The notes: a model not told the origin generated them from the letters alone. DNA of 64,000 nt from Microcoleus sp. (GCA_052279835.1 CP181291.1:5216001-5280000), one strand, 5' to 3'. Positions 23,226-36,084 are shown, numbered from the stretch's first letter. Program-made: numbers and translations.

Positions 23226-23357
23226 AATCTAATCTACTTTAACTCGTACTGAGTTAGCTTGTCAGTTCTCTAGCAGTTTAGCGCGAGATGTTTTAGTTGA
23301 GTTGTCGGGGATCGCCATGTTTTAATATTATGGCTGATTATCCAATTTTAATTTAAA

Positions 23358-24932
23358 ATGAGTTTATCATCTCGGAGAACCTTCAATCAACGGCTGCTAC
23401 AATTTTTGCTGAGTGCCGTGGTTCCTCCTCATGTTCTCAAACAGTGCCAAGCTGAATCCTCAAATCAAGCCTCGTTTGAAACTAAACTTAACACTTTATT
23501 AGCAAAAATAGACCCGGAAATAGAATTATTAGTACCGACTTTTTTAGGGAACGACCAACGCAGGTTTTATGGTAGAGGTGTTCCGAAAGGTTTGAAGTTA
23601 ATCGACAAGTTTCAACTGGGAAGTGGGCAGACTTTTCTCGGAAGGCGATCGCAAATTTGGAGCGGTGCCGGTTGGACTGGACAGCCCACAATCACCAAAG
23701 ACAGAGGAAAAATTTATTTAATTATAGGTAGTTTTGACCATAATTTGATAAAAATAGACCTCAGTAATAACAAGGAAGTTTGGCGTTATGAATTTGATGA
23801 TGTAATTAAAGGGTCATCTACTATTTATATCGATGAAAAAGCGAGCCCTGAAAACAAAATTGTGATTTTGCAAGGTAGCCGCAGCGATGGTGGTGGCAAA
23901 AGTGTTGTACCTAGTTTTCGGGCAATCTCTTTTAGAACTGGCAAGGAACTTTGGAAATTGAATATCAGGAGAACTCCCAGCTACAGTCAGGATAATGATA
24001 GTAGTGCTTTGTATCTGGGCGATGGGGTGCTGTTCAATGCGGGCGAAAATGCGATCGGCTATTTTCTGGACAGTTCGACAAGTAAGGCGAAAATTACACA
24101 AGGAATTAAGCAGCCAAATATCTTGTCAGAAGTACAACTTTATGCAGCAGCAGATATCGGCAAGCACGGCGGAAATTTGGTAGCAGAATCATCGCCATCT
24201 AGGCTTAAAGACCGAATATTTATCGCTGCTGGCTCTGGTCATATTTATGGCATTAATGTTAAAAATAAAAAGATAGTATGGGATTTTTATACTGGTTCTG
24301 ATTTGGATGGGAGTGTCGTCATTTCTAAATCTGGCAAACTGTTTTGTGCTATTGAAAAACAATACATTCAAGGCAACGGCGGAGTTATGAAGCTGAATCC
24401 TAAGAAGGAACCGAATGCCAGTGTAGAATGGTTTTTGCCTACGGGAAATCGCCGAGTTTCGGGCTGGGAAGGTGGCATAATCGGCTCGGTGGCGTTGAAT
24501 GATGAGTATAATCCAGGCGGGTTTCCGGCTATTTTTGCGACAAATGCGATCGATGGTAATTTGTACATCGGTTCTCAAGGTATGACTACTGGTAAAAAGA
24601 ATTTTGTACCTTGGCGAAATCAGTCTTACGATACTCCCGTCATCCTGTTTAAAAAAGAGATTGGTGCTTCGATTTCAACTCCGATATTTACCGATGGTAA
24701 TAAGTTGATATCTGCGGGATATAATGGTGTTTATTTGTTTACTTTGAAGTGGGAACGAGCGAAGTCTGGAGATAAGAATGCTTTGAAAAATGCTAAAGGT
24801 GAGTTTTACCGTTTGCAGGTAAAGGAATCAGGGAGATTTAAACCAGGTTTATCCTTTGAGGCGACGCCTGTAGTTTGGGATGGAATTGTGAGGATTTGCG
24901 CCAGGGATGGCTGGATGTATACTTTGGGTTAA
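23358..24932 (+). CDS. Putative Tat-exported PQQ-like beta-propeller protein
   Basis: SRRTF twin-arginine motif; repeated G.E.W motifs, ESSP, STP, EATPVVW...DG.MY. Confidence 0.65.
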   Translation: MSLSSRRTFNQRLLQFLLSAVVPPHVLKQCQAESSNQASFETKLNTLLAKIDPEIELLVPTFLGNDQRRFYGRGVPKGLKLIDKFQLGSGQTFLGRRSQIWSGAGWTGQPTITKDRGKIYLIIGSFDHNLIKIDLSNNKEVWRYEFDDVIKGSSTIYIDEKASPENKIVILQGSRSDGGGKSVVPSFRAISFRTGKELWKLNIRRTPSYSQDNDSSALYLGDGVLFNAGENAIGYFLDSSTSKAKITQGIKQPNILSEVQLYAAADIGKHGGNLVAESSPSRLKDRIFIAAGSGHIYGINVKNKKIVWDFYTGSDLDGSVVISKSGKLFCAIEKQYIQGNGGVMKLNPKKEPNASVEWFLPTGNRRVSGWEGGIIGSVALNDEYNPGGFPAIFATNAIDGNLYIGSQGMTTGKKNFVPWRNQSYDTPVILFKKEIGASISTPIFTDGNKLISAGYNGVYLFTLKWERAKSGDKNALKNAKGEFYRLQVKESGRFKPGLSFEATPVVWDGIVRICARDGWMYTLG

Positions 24933-25203
24933 GATTGATATTTTGTCTGTGTGGGCAACAGGCATCCGGTGCATCTCAATTTTGCAAATATATTCGTAGG
25001 GGCGAAGCATGACCGCAGACAATTTATTAGTTATAACCAGAGATTTACAGCCGTCAGGCTTCGCCTATGCAAAATCGGGATGCTCCCCAGGCATCTTGCC
25101 TGTTGCGAAAAGGGTGTTGAAATCCGCCACCTATTCCTACCTGTGGTTTAACTGCGGTTATAGGTATGATAGAAATAACGTCGGAAATTATAGGAAAGTC
25201 GTT

Positions 25204-25701
25204 ATGGCAACTAATGACAGTCAAATAAGTCAAGTTTACGGTTCAGAGGATGCTCAAGCTATTCTGCAAATTGCGATCGCCCAAAAACAGGAAAACGGAG
25301 AACTTTCGCGAGTGCAGTTGTTCGAGATTGCAGCGGAATTGGGCATTTCCGAACAGGATATTGTGGCGGCGGAACAGCAATGGCTAGCCCATAGAGGGGA
25401 GTCTACAGAAAAAATAGCTTTTAATGCTTATCGCCAGCGCCAATTACAGAAAAATGTAACGAAGTACGGTATCATCAATACTTTTTTAGTGTTGCTAAAT
25501 CTAGCAGGAAGTCACGAACTTTCTTGGTCACTTTTTATTCTACTAACTTGGGGGTTGGGATTGTCTCTGAATGCTTGGAATGTGTATCAAACAGAAGGGG
25601 ATGATTATGAACAGGCATTTGGGCGGTGGCGGTTGAAAAAACAAGTAGGAGAGTCTCTTGGTACTGCGGCGGATAAGTTTTTGAAGTGGTTGCAGTCGTG
25701 A
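25204..25701 (+). CDS. 2TM domain-containing membrane protein
   Basis: ILQIAIA...LFEIAAELGIS N-terminus and two TM helices (WGLGL). Confidence 0.8.
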   Translation: MATNDSQISQVYGSEDAQAILQIAIAQKQENGELSRVQLFEIAAELGISEQDIVAAEQQWLAHRGESTEKIAFNAYRQRQLQKNVTKYGIINTFLVLLNLAGSHELSWSLFILLTWGLGLSLNAWNVYQTEGDDYEQAFGRWRLKKQVGESLGTAADKFLKWLQS

Positions 25702-26078
25702 AAAGTTCATTTTTCATCGCGAAAATACTCCGTTTTCATATACTGAAGTATTGCATCTGTAAATGTTAATCAAGCTTTCTCATGACGATCCAATTGTTCT
25801 CTATCGCGGTACACATCCTTACGAATTGTGTAACGGCAGACACAGAGTTTATTTGGCTAATCAACGAGGAATTAAATTAGTTCCGGCTGCTTTCAACTAA
25901 ATCTAATCAGAAAAGTAAAATTTACTTATTAGCAAAAGAGCGATCGCCCTTTTCCTTCCCAAAGCGCGATCGCCCTTAATTTCTCATTGCTTCAACTAAA
26001 TGGAGCGTGCTATAATTAGTCATAGCTTCCAGTAAGTTAAATATAGGAGTTTCCAGGATGGATGCAAGTCAGATGCGT

Positions 26079-27080
26079 TTAGATGTTAGCAGCATCTCCA
26101 ACCACAGGATTAATTAAAAGCGATCGCAAACCTTGACGAGTTTCCGAATTCAAATACTTGCGCTGCAAAATCTGCCATTTTTGCCAAGCTGCGTAGCGAT
26201 TTTCTGATAAAATCCCAGCAAATATCGGCAACTCTGTTTGCAGTTCGCTATCCACAAAATCTGTCAGAAAATCGCCTAAAACTTCACTGTCTTGAATATC
26301 GCCCAAACATTCTTGAATAGCTTTCACATCCTCTACATAAGCTTCATAAGTCTCGCCGTAAAATTCTCCAAACAGATTCATCAAATAGCGAACTCGCTTA
26401 GCTTGCTTCCGCAAATCGTGCAGAATAGTTCCCTCTGTGGCCAACTTTTCCTCGACAGCCTCAGCATTCAAATCATCACAAACTTTAACTTTCCCATCCA
26501 GATATTCCGTGCCCAACAGCCAAGCTGGATGCAGGAAAAATTCACTAACTTGAGGTAACAGTAAATCTGGCAAAACCTCAGCAATTGGCAAATTGGATAT
26601 CGCCTGAAACTGCGGTTTTTCCAACCAATTTTCGATCGCCTTTTTCAGCAATTGATAACTTTTGTGTCCTAAAACCGCCCTCACCCCTTTCAAGGCGCGC
26701 CGTCGCTGCTTGAGTAAATTCAACAAAACTCGATCAAAAACTTCCTGTTCTTCAGCAGGCAAATTCGGGTAATATCGGTTTTGGAGACTGTCGAGCATCA
26801 CATCCAAATCTCTGAGGGTTCCCAGTATCCGTCCCACTTTACCAATTTTGTGCTCTTTGGCCTCTTTTGGCCAATCTAAAACTGGAGCAAAACCAGTCAC
26901 AGCCGATCGCAAACGACGCATTCCGACTCGCATTTGGTGAAGTTCTTCGGCATCTTTGTCTTTGATAACATCAGCTTCCTGGGCTGTACTTTTGTGGAAA
27001 TATTTCTCGATCGCCCCAGCAGCCGCCTCTCCGAGAGTATTAACTTGAGTTTTAACTTTAGCTGTTTTTTTTACGTTCAT
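26079..27080 (-). CDS. CHAD domain protein (polyphosphate-binding family)
   Basis: LHQMRVGMRRLRS, LGTLRDLDV, LHDLRKQAKRVRY, QECLGDIQD. Confidence 0.9.
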   Translation of the reverse strand: MNVKKTAKVKTQVNTLGEAAAGAIEKYFHKSTAQEADVIKDKDAEELHQMRVGMRRLRSAVTGFAPVLDWPKEAKEHKIGKVGRILGTLRDLDVMLDSLQNRYYPNLPAEEQEVFDRVLLNLLKQRRRALKGVRAVLGHKSYQLLKKAIENWLEKPQFQAISNLPIAEVLPDLLLPQVSEFFLHPAWLLGTEYLDGKVKVCDDLNAEAVEEKLATEGTILHDLRKQAKRVRYLMNLFGEFYGETYEAYVEDVKAIQECLGDIQDSEVLGDFLTDFVDSELQTELPIFAGILSENRYAAWQKWQILQRKYLNSETRQGLRSLLINPVVGDAANI

Positions 27081-27276
27081 GGTAGATGTAGATTCCAGAG
27101 TGTCGATCGGCTTTAACTTAGATTTCAAAGCTTTTCTAATAAAGGGTTTACATCGTAGCACACAACCAAAATTTCTGACTCCGCACTCACATAAATCTTA
27201 ATATAAAACCGTTGACAATTTCTCACTAAAATGCAGTGGGGGCGATCGCCTTTTGGTGTTAACAACCAGATCGATC

Positions 27277-28345
27277 GGGCGATCGGGATTATTCGTCAAT
27301 CCCGAAGTCCGCCAGGGGTTTAAACCCCTGTCTCATAGCGAAAGTCCTCTCAAAGAGGACTCAAGAGGTGATTTAGTCGTCTTTGAGAGGACTTCGGCTC
27401 TCTCGGCGGGGAATTGATTAAGAGCCGGATTATGGTCTAAGGGCATGATTCGCGATCGCCCTTAAATCCCGAAAACAGCCGTTGTTCCGTACTTTCACCA
27501 GTGTTTGCAGAACTTTACAAAAAAAACTTGAGATTTCTGCATAAAACCACTGAGTTCACCCCAATAAACAAATAGGAACAACAAAAAGGCTGTGGGGGCG
27601 ATCGGGATTATTCGTCAGTCCCGAAGTCCGCCAGGGGTTCAAACCCCTGTCTCATAGCGAAAGTCGTCGGTCGCCGACTGCGGAATTTATCAGTCCTCTT
27701 CCAGAGGACTTGGGCTATGAGGCAGGGAATTGATTCCCTGCCGGACTCTGGGGATAACGGGTGATTCGATCGCCCTTAAATCCCGAAAACACCCGTTGTT
27801 CCGTAGTTTCATCAGTGTTTGCAGAACTTTACAAAAAAAATTTGAGATTTCTGCATAAAACCACTGAGTTCACCCCAATAAACAAATAGGAACAACAAAA
27901 GGCTGTGGGGGCGATCGGGATTATTCGTCAGTCCCGAAGTCCGCCAGGGGTTCAAACCCCTGTCTCATAGCGAAAGTCGTCGGTCGCCGACTGCGGAATT
28001 TATCAGTCCTCTTCCAGAGGACTTGGGCTATGAGGCAGGGAATTGATTCCCTGCCGGACTCTGGGGATAACGGGTGATTCGCGATCGCCCTTAAATCCCG
28101 AAAACACCGGTTGTTCCGTACTTTCATCAGTGTTTGCAGAACTTTATCAAAAAAAACTTGAGATTTCTGCATAAAACCACTGAGTTCACCCCAATAAACA
28201 AATAGGAACAACAAAAAGGCAAAGAGGCCAAACCTCAAACCCCGAAAACACCCGTTGTTCCGTACTTCCACCCAGTGTTCACAAAACTTTACAAAAAACC
28301 CCGTAGAGTTTTGCATAAAACCACTGAGTTCACCCCGATAAACAT
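27277..28345. repeat. Tandem array of three ~313-319-bp units plus a partial fourth
   Basis: Units start GGGCGATCGGGATTATTCGTCA at 27277, 27596, 27909; second half repeated again at ~28234-28345. Confidence 0.95.
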
Positions 28346-28574
28346 ATGAAAGGGAAATTACGAAGTTCATCGCACTTGTTGAGATTTATTCAAAAGTCGC
28401 ATCGCCCGTAACTTCTCTATCGCACATCGCATTTCGCGAGACTTCAGTTTGGGTAAATGACGAATATACGGCAGTTCGAGAGTGCTTAAGTGCATAAGTG
28501 CGATCGGGCTTGTCGATAGAGTCGCTTTGTCAATTTTCAGAACACATTGTATCTACCACGCGAGGATAAAAATC

Positions 28575-31500
28575 ATGGCTACTTCTAATTTTAAGTTCCA
28601 AGAAGTTTACGCTAAACTCATTGAAAATGCTGGCAAAACTAGAATTGTCGTAATGAACGGCATCTTAACTCCCAAAAATGTGTTCGATCAAGGAAAAATG
28701 TTTGATGAAGTCTTAGGGTTAACTAATTTACCTAATTCCATTGATTTCAAACCTCAATATAATCCCACATCAGAACCGAATGGTTCTGGTAAGTGGCCTA
28801 CATGGCAGAAATGGAATTTTGCACCTGGACTTGAAACTACTTTTGATGGCTTGGCTGACTTTTTAGCAGATAAGTTTTTTAAGCCAGCAGTTGATTATTG
28901 GAATAATAATGTTCCTTGGTTGAGCGATGAATGGTTCAATAACATTGAGATAAAAGATACTGCTCAAGCGATAATTAAAAACCCTTCTTTGATTAGATCT
29001 ATGCCTGATTTTAGAATAGAATTAATCATTAAATTTTTGGATCGGTATCAAGGATTTGACAAGATCGATCAGAGATTAAACAATGGCTTTTCTAATAATT
29101 ACAATGAAAATAGCCCACCCAATGATCTAGTGGAGGCATTAACGCAATTTTGGACGGAGACCATTTCACAGGCTAGTACAAGCGTTAACAGTGAGTGGGT
29201 TACGAAAGATTTATCTGATTTTTTGTTGTCAAGTCGTGAAAATTCATTGATTATAATTCCTCACTCTCAAGGTAATTTCTTTGTCGAAGACGCATTGAGA
29301 ATGGAGCCGTTAGTCAACGCAGGCCTGAATAATCTGAAAGTCCTTGCTTTAGGTTCACCAACTAATTATACATCGCAAGGTGTGACGACTCCATATGTTA
29401 CATCATACAACAATTCTGGCGATCCAATTACTAAACTTCAGTTTCAAGGAGGAGCATCTAATCAAGATAAAATGAGAACTTTCTGGAAAACTCTAAAAGA
29501 AGTTATGACGTTCCCTGGGAAGTTAGCTCTTGATAGCAATCACGATCTAGAAAAATATTTGAAAAGAGATGATTTTCACACGGATCTAATACAGACTTTT
29601 GAGAGAATGAATTCGAGGGGATATTACTTTGCTGATGGTAAAACAACCTTCAGTTATCCCATATCCGCAGCAGGAACAGAACATGATGATTGGATTGAAG
29701 GTAGCACCGGTGAAGATCAGGTTGTAGGCGGGGCGCGAAATGATGTTTTGCAGGGCAAAGAAGGAAATGATAATTTAAGAGGTGACAGCGGATTTGATGT
29801 TTTGGATGGTGGAGAAGGAGGAACTGATACTGCTAATTATTCCAGCAGCCCAATTGGCATTAAAGTTTGGGCTGATAAAGTTGATGACAAATTTGATGTT
29901 TACAAAGTTGAAGATGGCTTTGTTGTTAAAGGTCAGAAAACTGTAGACACTCTTGGCAATATCGAAATCATCAGCGGCTCAAATTTTAATGACACAATGA
30001 CCGGCGGTGCCTACACCGATATCTTCTACGGTCAAGGTGGAAACGACCTTTTTTGGGGACAAAAAGGAGACGATACATTCTACGGTGGTACTGGTAATGA
30101 CACAGCTTACGGCGGCGATGACAATGACGACCTCCGAGGGGAAGAAGGCAGCGACAATTTAAGAGGAGAAAAGGGCAACGACACTATCTACGGTGGTAGT
30201 GAAAATGACTTCCTTTACGGTGGTGACGGTGAAGACGAACTTCGAGGCGAACAAGGTTCTGATGAACTCCGAGGAGAAAAGGGCAACGACACCCTCTACG
30301 GCGGTAGCGAAAATGACTTCCTCTACGGTGGCGATGGCGAAGACGAACTTCGTGGCGAACAAGGTGCGGATGAACTGCGAGGAGAAGTTGGCAACGACAC
30401 TCTCTATGGCGGTACCGAAAATGATTCGTTGTACGGCGGTGATGGTGAAGACGAACTTCGTGGCGAACAAGGCGATGACGTATTAAGAGGAGAAGCCGGA
30501 AATGACACTTTATATGGTGGCGATGACCAAGACCAACTTTACGGTGGATTAAATGCCGACTTACTCTATGGCAACGCTGGCAACGACCAACTTTTCGGTG
30601 AAGATGGCGACGACATCCTTGATGGCGGTAGCGACAACGATACCCTTCTCGGAGGCAACGGCGATGACAAACTCTACGGCCAATCCGGCAACGATATCAT
30701 CCAAGGAAACACGGGCGAAGACTACGCCGAAGGTGGCAGCGGCCGCGACTTCATCCAAGGCAATGAAGGCAACGACATCCTCTACGGACAAGATGGCAGC
30801 GACACCATAGAAGGCAACGCCGATGATGACTACATCGACGGTGGCAACGGCGCAGACTTGCTTTCCGGCAATACCGGAGATGACAGAATTTACGGACAAG
30901 CTGGCAACGATATCATCCAAGGCAATGAAAACAATGACTGGCTAGAAGGCGGCGACGGCCAAGACATAATTGATGGGGGTGCCGACGACGATGATATTTA
31001 CGGACAAGCTGGCGAAGACAATCTTTTCGGCAGTCAAGGCCAAGATTACATCGATGGTGGCGACGGCAAAGATACCTTGTTTGGCGGCCTCGATGACGAC
31101 GTACTTTTAGGCCAAGCGGGCGATGACACTCTCAACGGCAACGCTGGCAACGATGAATTATTTGGCGGTACTGGCAATGACTCGTTAATCGGAGAAATCG
31201 GCGATGATTTAATTGACGGCGGTGAAGGAGTCGATCTCGTTAATTACATCAATTCTCCTAGGGGCGTTATCGTTAATATTGACGAAAATAGCGACTACGA
31301 CACTAACACCAAACAACGTTTCAAAGAATTCGTTACCGATGTCAATCCCAGCGAATATTACACCGAACTCGAACGGGATTTTGAAATTGCGGCTGGTACT
31401 GGCAAAGACGGTTTTGGCAATACCGATGCTTTGAGAAACTTAGAAGACATCATCGGTACTCGCTTTGAAGACATCTTAATTGGCAACGAAAAAGATAACC

Positions 31501-34500
31501 GAATTTGGGCATTAGAAGGCAACGATTTATTAATTGGCAATGCCGGCAATGACTCATTTTACGGCGGAGAAGGCATCGACATTCTCAGCTACCGTCGCGA
31601 CCCGAACGGCGTTACTGTCAATTTACAAACAGGCGATGCTATTGACGGTTGGAAAGGCCAAGACAAAATTACTGGCATTGAAAACGTCGCCGGTTCTCGC
31701 CATGACGATAATATTACCGGCGACGATAGCGTTAACGTTATCACTGGCGATGCTGGGAACGATCGCATTTACGGACTCGGTGGCAACGACAAACTCTACG
31801 GCGAATTCGGCAACGACTTAATCTACGGTGGCGATGGCGGCGACAGCATCTACGGCAACCAAGACCGAGACACACTATACGGTGAAGCCGGTCGAGACTA
31901 CATCCGAGGTGGCGATGCCGACGACTTAATCTACGCCGGTAGCGATGACGACACCGTTGCCGGAGACGCTGGCTACGGCAACGACACGATTTTTGGCGAA
32001 ACAGGAAAAGACCTACTCTACGGTGGCGCTGGCGACGACTACATCTACGGTGGCGCAGACAAAGACACCATCTACGGCGAAGGCGAAAACGACAAACTCT
32101 ACGGAGAAGGAGACACCGACCTAATCTACGGCGGCCTCGGCGACGACGAACTCTCCGGCGGCGACGAAAAAGACACCCTCATCGGCGAAGCGGGCAACGA
32201 CACTCTCAGAGGCGATGCCGGCGACGACACCCTAGATGCCGGAACTGGCAACGACTATCTCTACGGTGGCAGCGGCAAAGACACCCTGAATGCCGGCCTC
32301 GGCAACGACCAACTTTACGGTGGCGACGATGCCGACATCCTCCTCGGCAAAGAAGGCGACGACAACCTCTACGGGGAAGCCGGCGACGACACCCTCGATG
32401 CAGCCGAAGGTAACGACAATCTCTACGGCGGTGACGGCAAAGACATCCTGGATGCTGGCATTGGCAACGACCAACTTTATGGAGGTCAAGGCGATGACAC
32501 ATTATTGGGCAAAGCCGGAAACGACAACCTATTTGGCGAAGGTGGCAACGACATCCTTGATGCAGCCGAAGGTAACGATAGTCTCTACGGCGGCGATGGC
32601 AAAGATTTCCTCGATGCTGGAATCGGCAACGATCAACTTTGGGGTGGTGAAGGCGATGACACTTTATTAGCCAAAGCAGGCGATGACAACTTGTTTGGGG
32701 AAGGCGGTAACGACATCCTCGATGCAGCCGAAGGCAACGACAACCTCTACGGTGGCGACGGCAAAGACTTCCTGGATGCTGGAATCGGCAACGACCAACT
32801 TTGGGGAGGTGAAGGCGATGACACTTTATTAGCCAAAGCTGGAGACGACAACTTGTTTGGAGAATCTGGCAACGACATCCTCTATGCAGCAGAAGGCAAT
32901 GATTCCCTTTACGGCGATCGCGGCAAAGACTTCCTCGATGCCGGAAGTGGCAACGACATTCTTTGGGGCGGCCAAGATGACGACACCTTATTCGCCCAAG
33001 CTGGAGACGACAACTTGTTTGGAGAATCTGGCAACGACTTCCTCGACGCAGCAGAAGGCAACGACAACCTCTACGGCGGCGACGATAAAGACACCCTGTT
33101 AGGTCAAGCTGGCAACGACTTATTGCAAGGCGGTTCCGGCGACGACTCACTCTTAGCAGGCGACGGCAACGATACCCTGTTCGGTCAAGCTGACAGCGAC
33201 ACTCTCTACGGCGGCAGTGGCGATGACATCCTCGAAGGCAATGCGGGAACAGACCGACTGTTTGGCGAACTCGGCAACGATTCCCTCGACGGCGGTACTG
33301 AAAACGATACCCTCGAAGGCGGCGACGGTAACGACATCCTGGACGGTGGCGCAAATAACGACAGTCTGTTCGGACAAGTCGGTAATGATACGGTAATCGG
33401 CAACCGCGGCGATGACATAGTTGACGGCGGTTCGGGCAACGATTTGCTTCAGGGGAATGAAGGGCGCGATCGCATTTACGGTCAAGCCGGTTTCGATAGC
33501 CTGTTCGGCGGCGATGATAGCGACACCCTGTGGGGAGGAGACGACGCGGACATCTTGCAGGGAGAATCGGGCACCGATACCCTGTTCGGCGGTAGCGGCG
33601 ACGACTCCCTCGACGGCGGCGAAGATAATGACAGCCTGTTGGGAGAAGCCGGCAATGATATTCTCGCAGGCGGCAGCGGCGACGACATCCTGGACGGCGG
33701 TACTGAAAACGATACTCTCTCCGGCAATGACGGCAGTGACAAATTATACGGCCGCCAAGGCAATGACTTCTTAGAAGGCAATGCCGATGACGACCAACTC
33801 TGGGGTGGAGATAACGACGATACGCTGTTTGGACAAACCGGAGATGACGAACTGTGGGGCGAATCGGGCAATGATAGCCTCGATGGTGGTGATGGGTCCG
33901 ATCGCCTTTTCGGTCAAATCGGCAAAGATACCCTCTCCGGTAACAATGGCGACGACTACTTAGAAGGTGGTGCAGACGACGATAGCATGACTGGGGGTGC
34001 TGGGCGCGATCGCATTTTCGGAAATGACGGCAACGACTTCGCCGACGGCAACAGCGGCGACGACTACATCGACGGCGGCGCGAACAACGATACTTTAGCA
34101 GGTGGTGAAGGGAGCGATCGCATATTCGGTCAATCCGGCAACGACAGCATCGAAGGCAACGACGACAACGACTTCATCGATGCAGGTACCGGCAATGACA
34201 CCCTGTGGGGCAACGACGGCGACGACGAGCTCTACGGCCGCGAAGACCGAGATTTGATCGACGGCGGCCGCGGCAACGACCAAATCTACGGCGGAGACGC
34301 AGCCGACACCCTCCTCGGACAAACCGGAGACGACAACATCGACGGCGGTTCCGGCGCAGACTCGATTCTCGGCGCAGACGGCAGCGACAACATTTGGGCG
34401 CAAGCAGGCAACGACTCGATTTACGGTGGCGCTGGCAACGACAACATTTGGGGCAACGAAGACGATGACCTAATTTTTGGAGAAGCAGGCCAAGACAAAA

Positions 34501-36084
34501 TCGACGGCGGTTCCGGCTACGACACCATCGACGGTGGCGCTGGCAACGATGAACTGTTCGGCGGTACGGGCAACGACCAATTATTAGGAGGCGCGGGCAA
34601 CGACAAAATTGACGGCAGCATGGACGACGACAAACTGTTCGGCGGGGCCGGCAACGACTTGATGTTTGGCAGTTTCAGGGCAAGACACGATGTTGGGCGA
34701 AGTCGGCGAAGACACCCTCTACGGTGGCGACGATACTGACTTGATGGACGGCGGCGCGAGTAACGACTTGGTTATCGGCGACTCCGGCGACGACACTCTC
34801 ACCGGCGACTCCGGCGATGACACCCTGGCAGGGGGCAGTGGCAACGACTTCATGGGCGGAGGCAACGGCGACGACTTGATGTTCGGTGAATGTAACGACG
34901 ACACGATGCTGGGAGGCGCGGGCAACGACACCCTCGACGGCGGTTGTGGCAACGACTTGCTAACCGGGGAAGCTGGCAGCGACAATCTCTTGGGTAACGA
35001 AGGGGATGACAGTCTCGATGGCGGCAGCAGCAATGACACCCTCGATGGCGGTAACGGCAACGACTTCTTGAACGGCAACAGCGGCAACGACAGCCTCAAC
35101 GGTAACGATGGCGATGACAGCCTCTACGGCGGCGAAGGCAACAATGTGCTCAAGGGCGGCAACGGCTTCGATACGCTGATTGGAGGCAGCAGTTCCGACA
35201 TATTTGTGCTATCGCCTAGTTCTGGACTCGATAATATAGTTTACTTCCAGGGCGATCGCGATTACTTCGGACTCTCACAAGACCTCACTTTTGACCAATT
35301 GCAAATTGTTCAAGGCAGCGAGGATTATACTAACGATGCGTTGATTAGCATTGCGAGTACAGGCGAACATTTAGCTTTGGTGAAAGATACTCAATTTAGT
35401 GCGATCGACAGTTCTCGGTTTATCCCCATCACTCCCGGAGGCCCGCTTCCCGCAGCTTTCAATACTCCCTCGCCCGTCGATATTTTGACTGGGGAAACAC
35501 TGGATAGCGACAATGTTATGAGTGCGGTCAATACCAGTTCTAGCACTGGCTTATTAAGCACTACTGCTGCACCAATTAGTCAGCCAAAAAGCACGACTAC
35601 TGCACCAATTACTCTGTCAACTAGCACGACTACCGCACCAGCAAGTCTGCAACCATTGACAACAGGTACTAATCCAGCTACTGCAACAACTACTGCACCA
35701 ATTAGTCTGTCAACTGCCACGACTACTGCACCAGCAAGTCTGCAACCATTGACAACAGGTACTAATTCAGCTACTGCAACAGCAATTTCTGCGAAAACTA
35801 CCACCAATGACATCTTGCTAAATGGCGGTTCAATCCCAACCATGAAGACCTTTAGCGAAACCGATGATGACATCCTCATCTACGACACAAAGGGCTTGTT
35901 GACTTCTTTGACTAGCGCTCAAACTCAGCCAATTCTGCCTTTGAAAGCATCGAGTTTGAGTAGTGCGATCGCACCTATTGCCAATCCTGCTGGTAAGGAA
36001 GCTGACCTCTTGCTTAATGCGAATCCAAGTCCGATTCAGCTACCAAAAAGTAGCGATTTAAGTGGGACTTCTACGTTGAAGTAA
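28575..36084 (+). CDS. Giant (~2500 aa) RTX calcium-binding protein with N-terminal alpha/beta-hydrolase-like domain and Thr/Ser-rich tail; +1 frameshift at 34673-34675
   Basis: PHSQG motif, long GGxGxDxL arrays; removing one T joins the ORFs (DLMFGSSGQDTML). Confidence 0.85.

Noticed and set aside
27277..28345. CRISPR array
   Set aside because: Units are ~315 bp and near-identical, with no short repeat/unique spacer pattern and no cas genes
27921..28370. 149-aa ORF
   Set aside because: Lies wholly within the tandem array; no protein-like motif
30159..35879. Many long alternative-frame and antisense ORFs
   Set aside because: Shadows of the GC-rich RTX and Thr-rich repeats
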